DNA of 63,776 nt, the filler included, from Bigelowiella natans CCMP2755 (lineage: Eukaryota; Protista; Cercozoa), in the NCBI GenBank assembly GCA_000320545.1. It is 9 parts of 9 records of this genome, joined end to end, with 100 filler letters (N's around TTAATTAATTAA, not from the genome) between each part and the next. Parts side by side here need not be neighbours in the genome. Positions count along the whole stretch, not along the records: positions 38,190 to 63,776 come from ADNK01002394.1; 8 more parts are not named here. One strand, given 5' to 3'. Each line of letters starts with the position of its first letter. Positions within the stretch are counted from its first letter, which is position 1. This document shows positions 50,689 through 63,776 of the stretch, one piece after another. Below the pieces are notes generated by a model that ran no database searches, was not told where the DNA came from, and was given only the letters and a program-made list of their open reading frames with translations. The position numbers and the translations under genes are program-made.

Positions 50689-50739
50689 AAGAGAGAGAGA
50701 GAGAGAGAAAGAGAAAGAGAGATTACATAAACAAACACA

Positions 50740-50774
<35 letters not shown>

Positions 50775-51139
50775 TTACATACATGGCTGCCTTTTGAGAA
50801 GAACCAAGAAATCGCCTTGACAACATCGTTCTTGTTTTCTTCCAAAAGCTGCCGTGCAGCCTGTCAAACATTTTGGATCGAGCAATACGTCACGTTACTA
50901 CAGAAAGACGAAGAAATGCTATTTGGAACCTGCTGCTCCTCCTGCTGCTGCTATGGTTAGTTAGTAGTGTGGTGGGTGGTGTTCCCGCACAACTATGTTT
51001 CTTCTTCTTCTTCTTCTTCTTCTTCTTCTTCTTCTACTAGTACTACTATTTGTTACCGAGAGGGTTGCGGTTGTCACCTCCATCACCTTCTTCTCCTCAA
51101 AGGTTATAGTAGCCTAGTGAACAAGGAGCGGGGAGAGAG

Positions 51140-51172
<33 letters not shown>

Positions 51173-51491
51173 CCATCATCATCATGATTACGATCATCGT
51201 CCTCTTTTTGTATGGGCTGTTACCATAGAGTCCAAGCTCATTTGTGATGGGGCTTCTTTTGGACGTGATGACGACTGACTACTGCGAAGTCGGCGGCTGC
51301 TCCTCTTCGACTCCATTATCACTGCGTCACCTAGTGAGTGTCATCATCAAAACTGCTTAACACAGATTGCCTTACATACAGCTTTTTCAGCTACATTCAC
51401 GCTGCTAAGACTTCTGTCGTTGTTGTTGTTGTTGTTATTATTATTATTATTATTATGTGCGAATAGCTAATAAGATGTTCCTTCTTCTTCT

Positions 51492-51530
<39 letters not shown>

Positions 51531-52046
51531 TCTTCTTCTTTCTCACCAGCACTACTACTCAACGTCTCTCTGCCGTCGCCTTCTTCTAGCTTCCTTCTCT
51601 TAATCGTCGCGCCTCCATTTTTGTTGGCATCTTGAGCACGTTTGATAGCGCGATCATCGCCACCACCTTCATCAGTTGAGTCATCACTTGTAGAAGTCCT
51701 CCCCCTCAGTGACGTTGAAACAGGTGATCTTACTCTTTTTCTTTTTTGGATTCGACTGACAGAACTACTATGACAAGCGTCCCTCATTCTAGTCGACACC
51801 CTGCTACTTGCCCTCTCTCTGCTCATCTTCGTCATCTCATTCACTCTAATCGTTTTCTTCTCCCATTTCTTCTGCTTCTTCTTCTGACTAATGGTATGTG
51901 TTATCGTAACGTCCTCCTCCTCTGTCTCCAGTCTTCCTCCCCTTTCATCTTGATCCATTGTTGAGGTGGTAATGACGTCACACTCTTTCTCTATATTATT
52001 TATATTATCTTCACTGTGAGCACCCTCCTCCTTTCCCTCCCCTTCA

Positions 52047-52082
<36 letters not shown>

Positions 52083-52888
52083 TGTGTGAGATCAAGTTTA
52101 AGATCCATGAGGGGGTTGCTGTTCCCATTGCTACGATGTGATGACGGCTCAATATCCTCCTCTTCCTCCTCCTCCTCTTCATCATCTTCGCTCTCAATCT
52201 CTATTATCTTGCTACTGCTGCTGCTGTTTATGCTGCTGATATCGTCGTCATCATCGTTGTTGCTGTGATAATCTCTGCCTATTATTTCTTGGTTTTGCTC
52301 AATCTTCTCCCCTAACATCTTCTTCCCTTCTGTACCATCCATCTTCTCTGAATAAACTATGCCCTCCTCCCACTTCTTCCTCTCCTCCTTCTCCTCCTCC
52401 TCCTCCTCTTCTTCTCCTTCTTCTTCAATGCCACCCCTCCTTTCTTGTATGGTGGTGATGATAGTAGTAGTAGGGTGTCGCTGCTGAGACTGTACTACAC
52501 TTATCCCTAATCTTTTGCCTTCTCCTCCTTTCTCTACCCTGTTAATCGTCGCATGACCTGGTTGAGGCTGCTGCTGCACATCCGTGCGGCGTCCTCTTCT
52601 ATCTCCCACTTCTTTCTTCTTCTGTTGGCGATTTGCTCTCAACTCCTCATCTACGGCCCCTACGATCTGCGCGCTATCTTCTTTCCGAAACACCGTCGTC
52701 GAAGAGTTGCCTAGAAATAGAATCGAATCTGAATTATCATCGGTCATTGTTTCATTGTTTAACTACACTGCGGGAGGGAAGACCTTCGCTCCTGAGAAGA
52801 GTATCTTTTCTCTCTTGGACGATCAGCTCTAAGGACGTATGCTTACGATTATGATATATTCAGCACATATTGCAAATGCATATATATA

Positions 52889-52928
<40 letters not shown>

Positions 52929-53999
52929 CAATATAATTGCTACCTGGCTTCCATTCTTGGTCGCAAGAAATAGCATCAGGCTGCATCACTATTCGCTGCT
53001 GCTGCTGCTGCCGTTGTTGTTGTTGTTGTTGTTGTTGTTGTCGTCGTATTGGAGGCTCGATCCCCATGTAGTCACCGTACGAGTGACGCCGATGAGGACG
53101 ATGATGATTGTATTGATGATTGTAGTGCTGCTGATGGCTATAATGCTTCGGCATTTCGCCAATATCATCACCACTACCATCATCATCGTCATCACCATCA
53201 TTACCATTATCATCACCACTACTGGGATTGTGGACAACTGCTACATCCCAGAAACCTGTTTGTATTTGTAGTAATCATTGGAAAAACGAAGAAGACGAAT
53301 ATAGGGTAGGAGGAGGGGGAGGAGTGGGAAAGGGGGGGGGGGGGGGAAAAAAGCCGATCCAGCCAATTTGGACTAGTGTAGACGTAAAAGAGATGTAGTG
53401 TAAGCATGTTGTATGTTGAATATCTGTAGTACCATCGAAATGTCGTGTCGCTAAGACAGAATGGGTGTAGGATGCCATCACACGTGGGAGAATCGAACGT
53501 AAACAGTCTGACAACAACAACAACAACAACAATGATGATGATGATGTTAATCATGATGACGGAGATGATGGCATTTATACCAAGCTTGTGATGGATGATA
53601 TATATGATATTGGTGTGCGTATGTGTGTTATTGTGTGCTTTTTGTTGTTGTTGTTGTTGTTGTTATTATTATGTGTGTGTTGTTGTTATTATTATGTGTG
53701 TGTTGTTGTTGTGTCGTGTTATGTGAGTGTGTGTGTGTGTGTGTGCAGTACTGTGATCTATTTCTTGTTCCATCGAAGGCAGTTCCTGAAATGAACGGTG
53801 AATATATAATGTATCTTGATTGTGTAGCGTATCATCATCATCATAATCATCATCATCATAATCATCATCATCATAATCATCATCATCATAATCATCATCA
53901 TTCACTCGTTGTGATTGTTCGGACTAGTAGCGTACATATTATACACACCACTTCGCATGATGGTTGCTGGGCAAGATGAGCAAGCGGAGAAAGAGAGAG

Positions 54000-54041
<42 letters not shown>

Positions 54042-54588
54042 TGCAGAGGACAAATAAGAACAAGAGAAATACATTTCTGCAACCTTTGTCCGATGATCGT
54101 TGTCGCCATCACTTTCGTCCCCACTCACCCTCCTGTTTCGAGCTGTTTCTTCAATATTTCCAATAAATAGCATCTTGCTTTGCTTCTCCAGGCAGCCCTC
54201 ATACACTTTGCAATAGGGATCAAGGCCCTTTCCACGTCTTCGGTAAAGCCTTTTTCGAAAAGCTTTCAGCAGCGCGAGGCGCTGTCCTCCTTCCTCCTCC
54301 CGCCCCCCTTTCTCTTCCATGTAGTCGATTCGATGACAAATGTTGACAAATGCAGGGAGACGCCTGAGCACAGTTGTTTATCATATTGTGCATGGCGTAC
54401 ATGCTATAAAATAGAAAGAGAATTGAAGATCCTAGGTACACTGCTTCCAATTAGAAGTAGATACGATGATAATAGTACCGATTCGATGTTCTGGAAGGAC
54501 CCGCATGATCTCCTCCTCCAACTGAATCGTACTCTGCTAAAGCCCTCTTCAATTCGATCATCCTACGCATTACCTGCAGCGCCGGTAG

Positions 54589-54624
<36 letters not shown>

Positions 54625-55541
54625 GATTAGTCTCACTATCTTTGGACTACGATCGACGACATGAAGAATCTCATCATCCTCAACACATAGCAGCTTATAT
54701 TTGGGCTTGCCCCACTAAAGGCACAGCATCTTTTCTTATGTGCTATTGGTGGTGGTGGTGGTGGTGATAGTGATGATCACGATGAAGACATTGACCTGGC
54801 TTTTGTACTTCATTGTCGTTAGATAGTCACACATCGCTCTGATGTCCCCAACCTTCATGTTTTATGTTTTCAGTGTATAAATGTGGAAGATGGCCATTAT
54901 ATACATATATGGAGGTGGGAGAGGGCGAGAGGAGGAAAGGGGGGAGGGCAAGAGGAAGGCGGGTGGAAATTATCCGAACACTACACAACACAATATAGAC
55001 TTGTTTATGGACTTGACCAACGTGCACGTTTTGATGATGATGCAATGAGGAGAAACAGCAAACACAACAACCTCTGTAGCTTGGAGGAGCGCCTCGAGAA
55101 GGCAGGCAAGGAAGAAAGGAAATATATCTTGAAAAGACAACTTCTGTCTCTCTGCAACACAATACAATACCATAAATAGCAAGGAGTCAAGAAACAAGCA
55201 CGACTCAAACCAAATGATGATTCAACTCGATGTAACACAAAATGATAGCGCAAAATCCGTACAGAAAACTTGCTATGACTACCCTTTTCAGAGAAGCCGA
55301 GATAAGCAAAGCCAGAGACAATACTTAAGTTCGGAAAGAGGTTGTGGGCTGCTTCTCCAAAACCACGTGTGACTCTATTTATCACCTCGGACTCCAGCAT
55401 TGCGCCCCCCTTGTTCATTATTCACATCAAATATTTATATAGACATGTATGGTGAGGCTAGGGAAAGAGAAAGTCATAGCTTCAGAACAATTGTAATCAA
55501 TCCATGTTTACGCTTTGGTAATAGTTTGTGCTTGCTTATGT

Positions 55542-55586
<45 letters not shown>

Positions 55587-57541
55587 TGTGTACGTGAAAT
55601 GGAAATCATTAGATGACTAACATACCTTAGTTGTCGGGTAGTTGGAAAAGTAATAAATAGTCCTGTTTCCCCCGCCACTTTCTTGTCCAGCTTTGTTCTG
55701 GTGATGTTGTTTCTGTGCTCGTTGCTGCCTATTACCTTTAGCGTTGTCACCTTGCCTCACCCTACTATCATTCCTCTTTTTCTTCGTAATTTGTAGGGTT
55801 GGAGCACTAGAAGCAGTCGTCGCAGAGGCAGTGGTGGTAGTAGTAGAAGAAGTATTCGTGGCAGCAGCAGCAGGAGCAGCACAAGTAGTCTCCTTCTCGA
55901 TGGCGCCAGTGAACGCACTTCCTTTCTCAATGACACCTTTGTTTTCTTCCTCCTCAACTGCTGCTGCTTGGCTATTTCCATTGTCTAACTTCTTGCTTGC
56001 ATCTTCTACTTTCTTGCCCCCTGTCCTGGTATTTTCTTGTCTCTCCTCCTCTACCTCCTGCTCAGCATCGGCCTTAGAGACAGAATCCTTTGTCACTTGA
56101 GAGTAGGATTTCTTTGGTTTGTCTTCAGCAGGCACCTTAGCCAAATCTTTATCCGCCGATTTCGGCTTTATAGCAGTCACGGATGCCCAGAACCGATCTC
56201 CAAACTCCTCTTCTCCCCCCCCCTCCCTCTCCTCCACCTCCATCGAAGTAGCTGACTTGCCCGCCATCCCCCCCGCCCCCTCCTTGGTGCTTTTCTCCTC
56301 CCCCTCATTCATGTTTCGCAGCGGTTGTTGTTGCTGCGGCTGTTGCTTTAATTGTAAATTGATGCTGGCATTCCAAGGATCCACCGCTTCCCTCCTTTCA
56401 CCCTCCTCCTCCCCCTCGATTCGTGTGGAAGAGAGCTCTCCACCATTATCACGCTCATACTTCTCCATTCCTTGAGCTTGCTGCCGGAGTTCCTTTGGAT
56501 CCCCTCCAACCCTCCAGCCCTGGTTAGTATGTTCAGACAGCTTCTTGGTACCTTCTTCCTCCCCCCCCTTCCCAAGGCCAATGGAGGAAACAGCTGTTGG
56601 AAGCACCCCCTCTTCTGGCTTCTTCTTCGCACGATCTTCCGCCGTGATGGAAGAGTATGAAATAGACCGCGTTTTTCGGTGGCCATGATGATGCGTAGGG
56701 ATATGTCTCTCCTGCCCATTCACTACCTTTGCCGCACTGGCTTTGTTGCTACCAGTCTTATCTTCCATTGCGGCTATAGAGGCGTCCTCCTTCTCTCGCC
56801 CCTTCTCCTTCTTAACTCGAACGTTCCTTTCCGATTTTTCTCCTCCTCCCCCTCCTCCTCCTCCTCCTCCTCCTCCTCCTCTTCTCCATGCATTTCATCG
56901 CCTGTTGCTACAGCCGTAGGAGACGCTGACGCAGCAGACCTCGCAGCTCCCAATTTCCTATCTAAATCCTGTCTCTTTTCCCCTCCTCCTTCGATCTCTT
57001 GGCGTGGTTGAGGTATAATGCTATTGTTATTATTGTTATTATTATTATTATCATTATTATTTCTATTAGTATTGCTATCATCATCCTTTGTTGTTTTGGA
57101 CGCCGGACGGTGTCTATTGCCAAGGCCCAGCTCTCCCTTGAGCCCCTTGCTATCCTCCATCTTCTCAACTTTCTTCTCTTTAGGAGGCGTATGTTGAGCA
57201 GGGGTGGTGTGCGGCAGGGTGGGGTGCTGTTCAAGAGATGGGGGTGATAGTGTTTGTGCCGGCAGCGTCGTTGTAGGCTTAGTTTTCAGAGTCGCGCAAG
57301 TTTTTCCGCCTTCATCCAAAAGGTAGAATTCGTAAGCTACTGCTCCGACTGCTTTTTTGTTTGTGCTTTCGCCAACTTTTCTTCCTTTTCCTTCTTTCTG
57401 GCTCTTGGTGATAGCAGCAGCAGCAGCAGCACCAACAGCAGAGACAGAGAAGGGAGGAGGAGGGGGAGTCAAAGTCATTTGGGTATAGTAGTTGTAGTAG
57501 TAGTAGAAGAAGAAGAAGAAGAAGCGAAGAGTAAAAGTCAA
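47019..57541 (-). CDS. Long, low-complexity multi-exon coding region, probably the body of the FHA gene
   Basis: Large open exons 57450-55625 and ~52750-51470 (E/K/N/Q-rich) plus many small AG/GT-bounded exons. Tentative last exon EEMNAGRFKPVPRDRRKRRTSKD* ends at 47019. It may be more than one gene. Confidence 0.55.
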
Positions 57542-57879
57542 AAGAGAAGAGGTGGGATTAAGAAGAGACAGGAAAGTTTATAGGATGACTTACCACCCCT
57601 TTGTAAAGAATGATGGTTTGCGCTGGTTCTAGTAGAAGAGAATTCTGCAAATTCCCTGCTGAAATAGTAAAACGAATCATGTTCAGCGACTTAGCGAAAA
57701 TACCCAATCTATTGGAAAATGCTCAACATATTGTGTATTCTCTCTTCCCCAGCCAATTTTTAAAAAATTAAAATGCAAAATCTGGCTAAAAACCTGCATT
57801 CTTTCGCCTTGATGCCTTAGCAGTCGTTGGATCCTGGTTATGGAACAATTTATTGGGTATTTCAATAGCGTGTTTACCC

Positions 57880-58475
57880 AGAAATCGCCTTAATCATCCG
57901 TGGAATTCCTGCACACGCACTATCACCACACACGCACGCACACACGCATGCATGCATGTGTGTGTGTGTGTGTGCATATATATTACTTGCAGTTTAACCA
58001 CGCGCCCATCTTTATAATGGACTTTAGTTCCGTTGGTGCTCCGATCAATTATCGTCACTTCGAAACTCCCTGTTGATGGTGCACAGCAGGGTTAGGAAGA
58101 AATGAGAAAAGGAGCGGGAAAGGCTTAGCTACATTATTGTGGGAAGAAGTGAATGAAGGAGTATGTACTTTTATCCATGTAATATTGGCAAATATATCGA
58201 ATGTGATCCAACAATCCCTTATTACCATCGGGTAAGCCCTTCCGTGTAATCTCGCAATGTAGTCCAGAGACAAAGCGATTTGTTATTAAACAATCGACTT
58301 TCTTCGGGTCTCTCCCTATGTATTGTGTTCTTCACTTAGAGAATGAAGATCTGATATGGACGCATAAAGAATATGGACGTAAAATTATCCTCACCAATTT
58401 TGATAGCATTTCCGATTAGTGGGAGATCATTGAGATCGGGGTTAAATTTTGGCCGTAGAATGCCTAACGCCGCAC

Positions 58476-58513
<38 letters not shown>

Positions 58514-58684
58514 GTATATATTTGAAACCGAATTGATACAAATCATTACACATACAACACATAGAGAACAAAGAGGGGTAAGGGGGGATGGGAGTAGGAG
58601 GGAGCTTCGCAAACCCCAAGCATCCTCCATTTCCTCCTTCCGGTACGCCTTCGATCCGAAAACGCTGTCTGGAACATAGCCCAT
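57880..58684 (-). CDS. N-terminal FHA domain (5' exons)
   Basis: Spliced: MEDAW|GILRPKFNPDLNDLPLIGNAIKI|GRDPKKVDCLITNRFVSGLHCEITRK..|GEFEVTIIDRSTNGT, with the FHA residues GR, SxxH and DxSTNGT. ATG at 58630 or 58684. Confidence 0.9.
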
Positions 58685-59407
58685 CAAATTAGTCTTGCGA
58701 CAACACTTTTTTACAATTTTTAAAAGTAATTAAGGACAAAAACAACAAATCTTGGATGTTAATTCGACTTGCGGCCATCGACGTGCAACAGGCCTTCCCG
58801 CTGTCTTCTCCTAGATCTAGATCTAGATCCACGCGCACAGAAATAAACCGCAGATGGTACGAGTAGCCCATAAGAAAGAAAGAACAGCGAATTTTTGTGG
58901 TGCGACAACGGAAATCTTGTATAGAAAACGGAATATTTCGTACCAATTTATTTTCCGTATTTCTACCCAAAAAAATTAATTTTATAAATCGTGGTTATTT
59001 ATGGCAATTCTGGTCAAAATTTAGCTATTTCCGTTGCAATTTCGACCACGTGTTGTGGTGTCACAGTGCGGCCGCAGGTGTGTCACATGCGTGTCCTGAG
59101 TTGAGGCGAGGGGGGGGGGACAAAGGGGTTCCCTAAACAGATATAGTGCCCAGTTTTTGTTGGTTACGATTTTAATAAGGAAAGAAACAAGCACGCGTGC
59201 ATGTACAGGAGAGGTCTAGGCGTGGGAGGGGCAGCAGCTGCCTTAAATAGTTTGTTTTCCAACCTTGTCACAGCAGCCTTTCTTATCTGGTGAAACACGA
59301 AGACACATATACTTGAATCGAGCTGAAAACCTTTGTTTTATTTTTGTAGACTAGCTCCATCGAGACATAGGGAGAATGGGGAGGAAACCGAGACCAGGGT
59401 CGATACG

Positions 59408-59591
59408 ATGGCACAAGTTCAAAAACCCGGTATTCTTCTTCGAAGATTGGGGACTGAGCGACAGGAATTGATCCATTCATTTGTTTCCCTACAGGAGTCC
59501 CTGCTTACACGTGCCAATGAGAAGGTAGCAGGGGGTGTCTTCGAGAGACCAGAATGGTAAACAACTCCTTTTGAACCTGTACTAATATGTA

Positions 59592-59627
<36 letters not shown>

Positions 59628-60660
59628 TTTACCAATGGGTACTACTTTATCCTAACACATAATACAAAAGGCGTAAAACGTTTGAAGTTATATTCTTCCA
59701 TAATTACATATCGTTGTCATGACCATCATCATCGTAATCATCACCATCATATCATCGTCATCGTTTCGGCCCACCAATATAGGTTTGATGCATACCAACG
59801 TTATCCCATCGACATTCAAGACATGCATCAACACATGTTCTCCCCTCAAACAAAAGAGCTTTTGGAGGACCAGAAGAACGCTAGGGTTACGTTACAGTGT
59901 ATGCTTTTTAGGATAATATTAGGAAAACACATGATGAGAAAGCGTTGTAGAGAAAACTAGCTTGTTTATGCTTCATATTATCTCTCCATAGGTGCCAAGG
60001 CAGCACCCGGCGCAAGCCCTTCTGGACAGAATGATGGAAAGAAGGCCGAGCTTCTCTGCCGCGGTTTATGAGGAGGATGGAGGTGTGTGATAACTGTTGA
60101 TTTTATTGTGCGTTGCTGATCCAGAGGGGGGCGGGGGGTTGGGGCTGCGAGAGTACGATTCGTTTGACAACAACGCAATCATGCACAAAACCATCTGCTC
60201 AGGTGAAGAAAACATGACGCAGAAATACTTCAACAGAATGTATGAGGTAAGAGGAAGGAGAATCTTCAATTATCACATGATGATGATGATGATGATGATG
60301 ATGATGGTGTATGCAGCAATCACATCAGTTGACAATAAAACATAACTCGTAGTCATAGCTACTAATGATAACAAATAAGCTTTTGATTGCCGCAATTCGT
60401 GACATCACACAGTTTCAACTACTTTCAACCCCCCCCCCCCTCCCGACCTTTCTTCCTCTCTCTGATTGCCCATTGTTTTCTGGAAAAAGCTTCTCGAGGA
60501 GGGAGTTCCAGAGGAGAAAGCTTTTTCTAAATGTGACTCCGAGTTCAAGGTGTTGTTACTGTTATATTATTTATTGTTTTTGTTATTGTTCTTACATGGT
60601 ATGATATGATTGTTGACCCACACGCAAGAACGTGTACTTGCACCTCTATAGTTGGTAGGG

Positions 60661-60706
<46 letters not shown>

Positions 60707-60800
60707 GAGAGAGAGACTTATATTCATCCACAGTTTTTGAACACGCAGCTGCTGCAATATTATGCCCCCCACTGTAGTGACAACGCAAGATTACACACAC

Positions 60801-60846
<46 letters not shown>

Positions 60847-61049
60847 TTTCACAGGCTGAAGAAATGAAACTAGAAAACACGACAGGGTCAGTTGTATTTG
60901 ATACATAACGACGGTGGTGGTGATGGTGATTATGACGATGATGATTACAAATGTGAATTGAACATAACTGGCATGGCTCATCATCATCAGCACTCAAACT
61001 GCAGTATTATCTTATTTAAACATAATAGCATGTGCTACCACTACTGAGC

Positions 61050-61083
<34 letters not shown>

Positions 61084-61814
61084 CCTCTTTGTGAAAATGA
61101 CGTTCATTTTTGCATTCACCAGATTTTCACTCGGAAAAGGCCGTTTCTATAGTCCCATCCCTTTCGGCGCAGATGACATTGCTGCCTACGAGAAGGAGGT
61201 GTGTGCTGCAGGAAGGGGAAAGGGAGGGGGGGACACCAAATAAATGATCATGCATGCACACATGAACAGCTTACAACATATGGCCACACTACCACTATTA
61301 CTACTGCAACTATCATATACCTCTGTGTGTTTCATTATCATCATCATCATCATCATCGTCGTCGTCGTCGTGAAATGGTGGATGCTGTTAGGTTGCTATG
61401 TTATACGATCGAAGCAAGTTCTCCTGGGCGCATGATTGGGAGGGGCAGATCTCCAAGCTGCTGCGGATGGGTACCTTTAGTGGGCTGTTTTGTTGTATAC
61501 TCACGCACGTCGTTGGCTCTGTTAGATAATCATTTCAAAAATTTAATAATCTGGGGGTTAAAATGATTTATGTCGTATCGTTTTCCTCGTCGCACATAAA
61601 GGCATCACGGAGAGAGAAATGAAGGGAATTCAATCCGAAATGCGGTGAGTGAGCGAGTGCGCAGCACGATGACGATGATGAGTAGTTGGTAGAAGTGATG
61701 AGTAGTTGGTAGAGGTGTTTATCGTGGAGGGTTAAGAGGCAAATGGTACTTTGGGAGTGCCATAATATACTAGTAATTTTTCATTAGATTTAAGACGTAT
61801 GTATTATTGAAGCT

Positions 61815-61855
<41 letters not shown>

Positions 61856-61992
61856 AGTAAGTGCGTGTGTGGTACATTTGATAGATTTGCAACCGACAAC
61901 GCTTTGAAGCAAAGCTCTGACTCCATCACGGTATATATCGCACACAACGATGAATGATGATGCATCTTTAAGAATCGTGTTCCCTTCAGATA

Positions 61993-62030
<38 letters not shown>

Positions 62031-62442
62031 AAGTACACATTGACCTCATACTGCATTTCAATCTATCTCAGGCAAAAGCCTTCAAGCTCAGCCTTGGTAA
62101 CAACATAAATTACCAATGATGCGTCTTAAAGAGAGCGCCTTTTAGACTTCATCAGATTTCAGGAAATTTCCGTGTCATTATCAATGCCTTCTTGCCTTTT
62201 GACTAATCTCGCATTTGCTGCTGCTAACTACTCCTCCTCCTCCTCCTCCTCCTCCTCCTCCTCCTCCTATTCTTCCTCTTCCTCAGGCGCGTGGATCTTT
62301 GAGAACAGAACTGAGTCGACAGCGGAAAAACTTTCATTGGAAGAACATCGGTGCGTGAGTGCCCCTCCCTACCAATAACAGCTCTAGTAATAGCAATAAC
62401 AGCCGGCACTGAAGGACTCGGCAGCATATATGCGTGTAATCA

Positions 62443-62489
<47 letters not shown>

Positions 62490-63466
62490 TCGTGTATGTG
62501 GTAATCGTACATAATGAATCGTTGGCTTGTTGGTTGATAGGGAGCTTTGCCATCGGTGTTTGTACGTCGAAGCTGCTCGTGCACGAGCTGCGAGTCAATT
62601 GCGTACAGTGACGCCTGGAGAGACTCATGCCACGACATTGAAGATCATTCTAGGGAAACTACGACAAAAGGACCATTTGAGAAAGGTAGTCAGTGCTTTG
62701 TTGCAAAAGGAGGGGAGGGGGGCAAATTAGCTACATATCAGATATAACTAATGGCATTTTTGGTGAGTTATTTGGTTTTCCCTGAAGAAGTATGCGTGTA
62801 TGTTCGAAAAACATGCGTGCTAATGATGCAATCAATGATGCTCCTCCTCCTCCTCCTCCTCCTCCTCCTCCTCCTCCTCCTCCTCCTCCTCCTCCTCCTC
62901 TTTCTCCAGGCACTTCAGAGAGTAGGACTCTTAGACCAAATCACGGACAAGGTGATGGCACTCATGGAAGCTGAGAGGCTCAAGGCGGCAAGTGACAAGG
63001 TGTTCTTTCGTAGCAGCAGCAGTAGTAGTAGGCTGCCTTTACCCACTGATTGTGCGGATAAGATATTGACGACGATGATGATGGTAGTCGTGGTAGTTAA
63101 CGAAGGATGTCATGTGAAGGAATAGAAAGGAAAGTGCCTTCAATAAGAATCAGACAGCTTCATTCGTGATAGATACTGATAGACGCATCCTCCCCCCCCC
63201 CCCTCTCTCTCTCTCGGTTCCCCTTCTCTCTTCCTCCTTGGGCATGTGTTTGCTTCGGCGAAAATGTGCACTGATTAGCAGGAGGGTGGTGCTGACGAGG
63301 GGGACCACAAGACGGCCAAGCATGCTACCGACCAGGATGGTGAGAGCATGCAATGCCAACAACGCAACTACCACTCAACTTTGTCCTAGAGTATCATCAG
63401 CTCTCTCAGTTCCATCCTTATATTATCTTACTCAATCACCTAATTGTCGAGCATCTTCGCTCTCCG

Positions 63467-63506
<40 letters not shown>

Positions 63507-63776
63507 ACACACACACACACACACACACAATTATAAGTGCATGTGCGTTTGCCATCAGCGTCTTCCCTCCAATCTCGAGTGCGGGCGCTCGGATACTTGG
63601 AGCGCACGGTGTTGGAGAGTGATGCAGACGATGACACCGCAAATATGATACTGAGGGAAGCTTCAGCTGCTTGTGGTAGTAGTAATAGTAGTAATAGTAG
63701 TTATATTAGTAGTCTCTGTAGTATATACATTTCGATAGAATTAGATGTTGGACTTCCAGCAATTTCACTTAACCCC
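59408..63776 (+). CDS. Mitoribosomal small-subunit protein mS23-like with a long C-terminal extension (runs off the window)
   Basis: Spliced N-terminus LLRRLG|ESLLTRANEKVAGGVFERPEW|FDAYQRYP resembles the mS23 motif (GSIFSRTRDL..AGV....P.WFDVY..FPP). Later TQKYFNRMYE|LLEEGVPEEKAF also fits. Further exons continue to at least 63670. Confidence 0.65.

Noticed and set aside
61678-61718. 20-bp tandem duplication atgagtagttggtagaRgtg (also a 13-bp x3 repeat near 34768)
   Set aside because: Ordinary intronic slippage duplications with no sign of function.
1-63776. Prokaryotic operon, defence system, rRNA or tRNA genes
   Set aside because: The spliceosomal intron structure and gene content are eukaryotic, and no RNA-gene signatures were recognised by eye.

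Overview
Intron-rich eukaryotic nuclear DNA. It consists of nine contigs joined by artificial 100-bp spacers (N44-TTAATTAATTAA-N44), so adjacency across spacers is not reliable. Most ORFs in the supplied track are microsatellite artefacts, and the real genes were rebuilt by hand from GT-AG exons. Recognisable genes, in order: PMS2/PMS1-type MutL homolog (-), KH-like protein (+), CIA30-CIA30-MsrB-like fusion (-), ankyrin protein (+), CAF-1 large subunit with a C-terminal Myb/SANT-like domain (-), atypical SDR (+), Cys-repeat membrane protein (-), PDI-family protein (+), AKR2-like STI1+ankyrin protein with a bipartite leader (+), amino-acid transporter (-), PGK with a mitochondrial-type presequence (+), exocyst Sec3 (-), membrane-anchored carotenoid oxygenase (+), SAM protein (-), Cdc25/ACR2-like rhodanese phosphatase (+), large FHA protein (-) and mS23-like mitoribosomal protein (+). 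The signal+transit leaders, the green-lineage-like genes and the mitochondrial-type PGK suggest a secondary-plastid alga, probably a chlorarachniophyte (inference only). The most notable structure is a three-part organisation. Genes alternate strands within contigs. Divergent spacers are short and nearly repeat-free, introns fill with microsatellites further into genes, and convergent 3' spacers hold a distinct DNA class dense in (TAGC)n/CTAG/TGCA/CATG palindromes. No rRNA, tRNA, CRISPR array or transposon could be supported.
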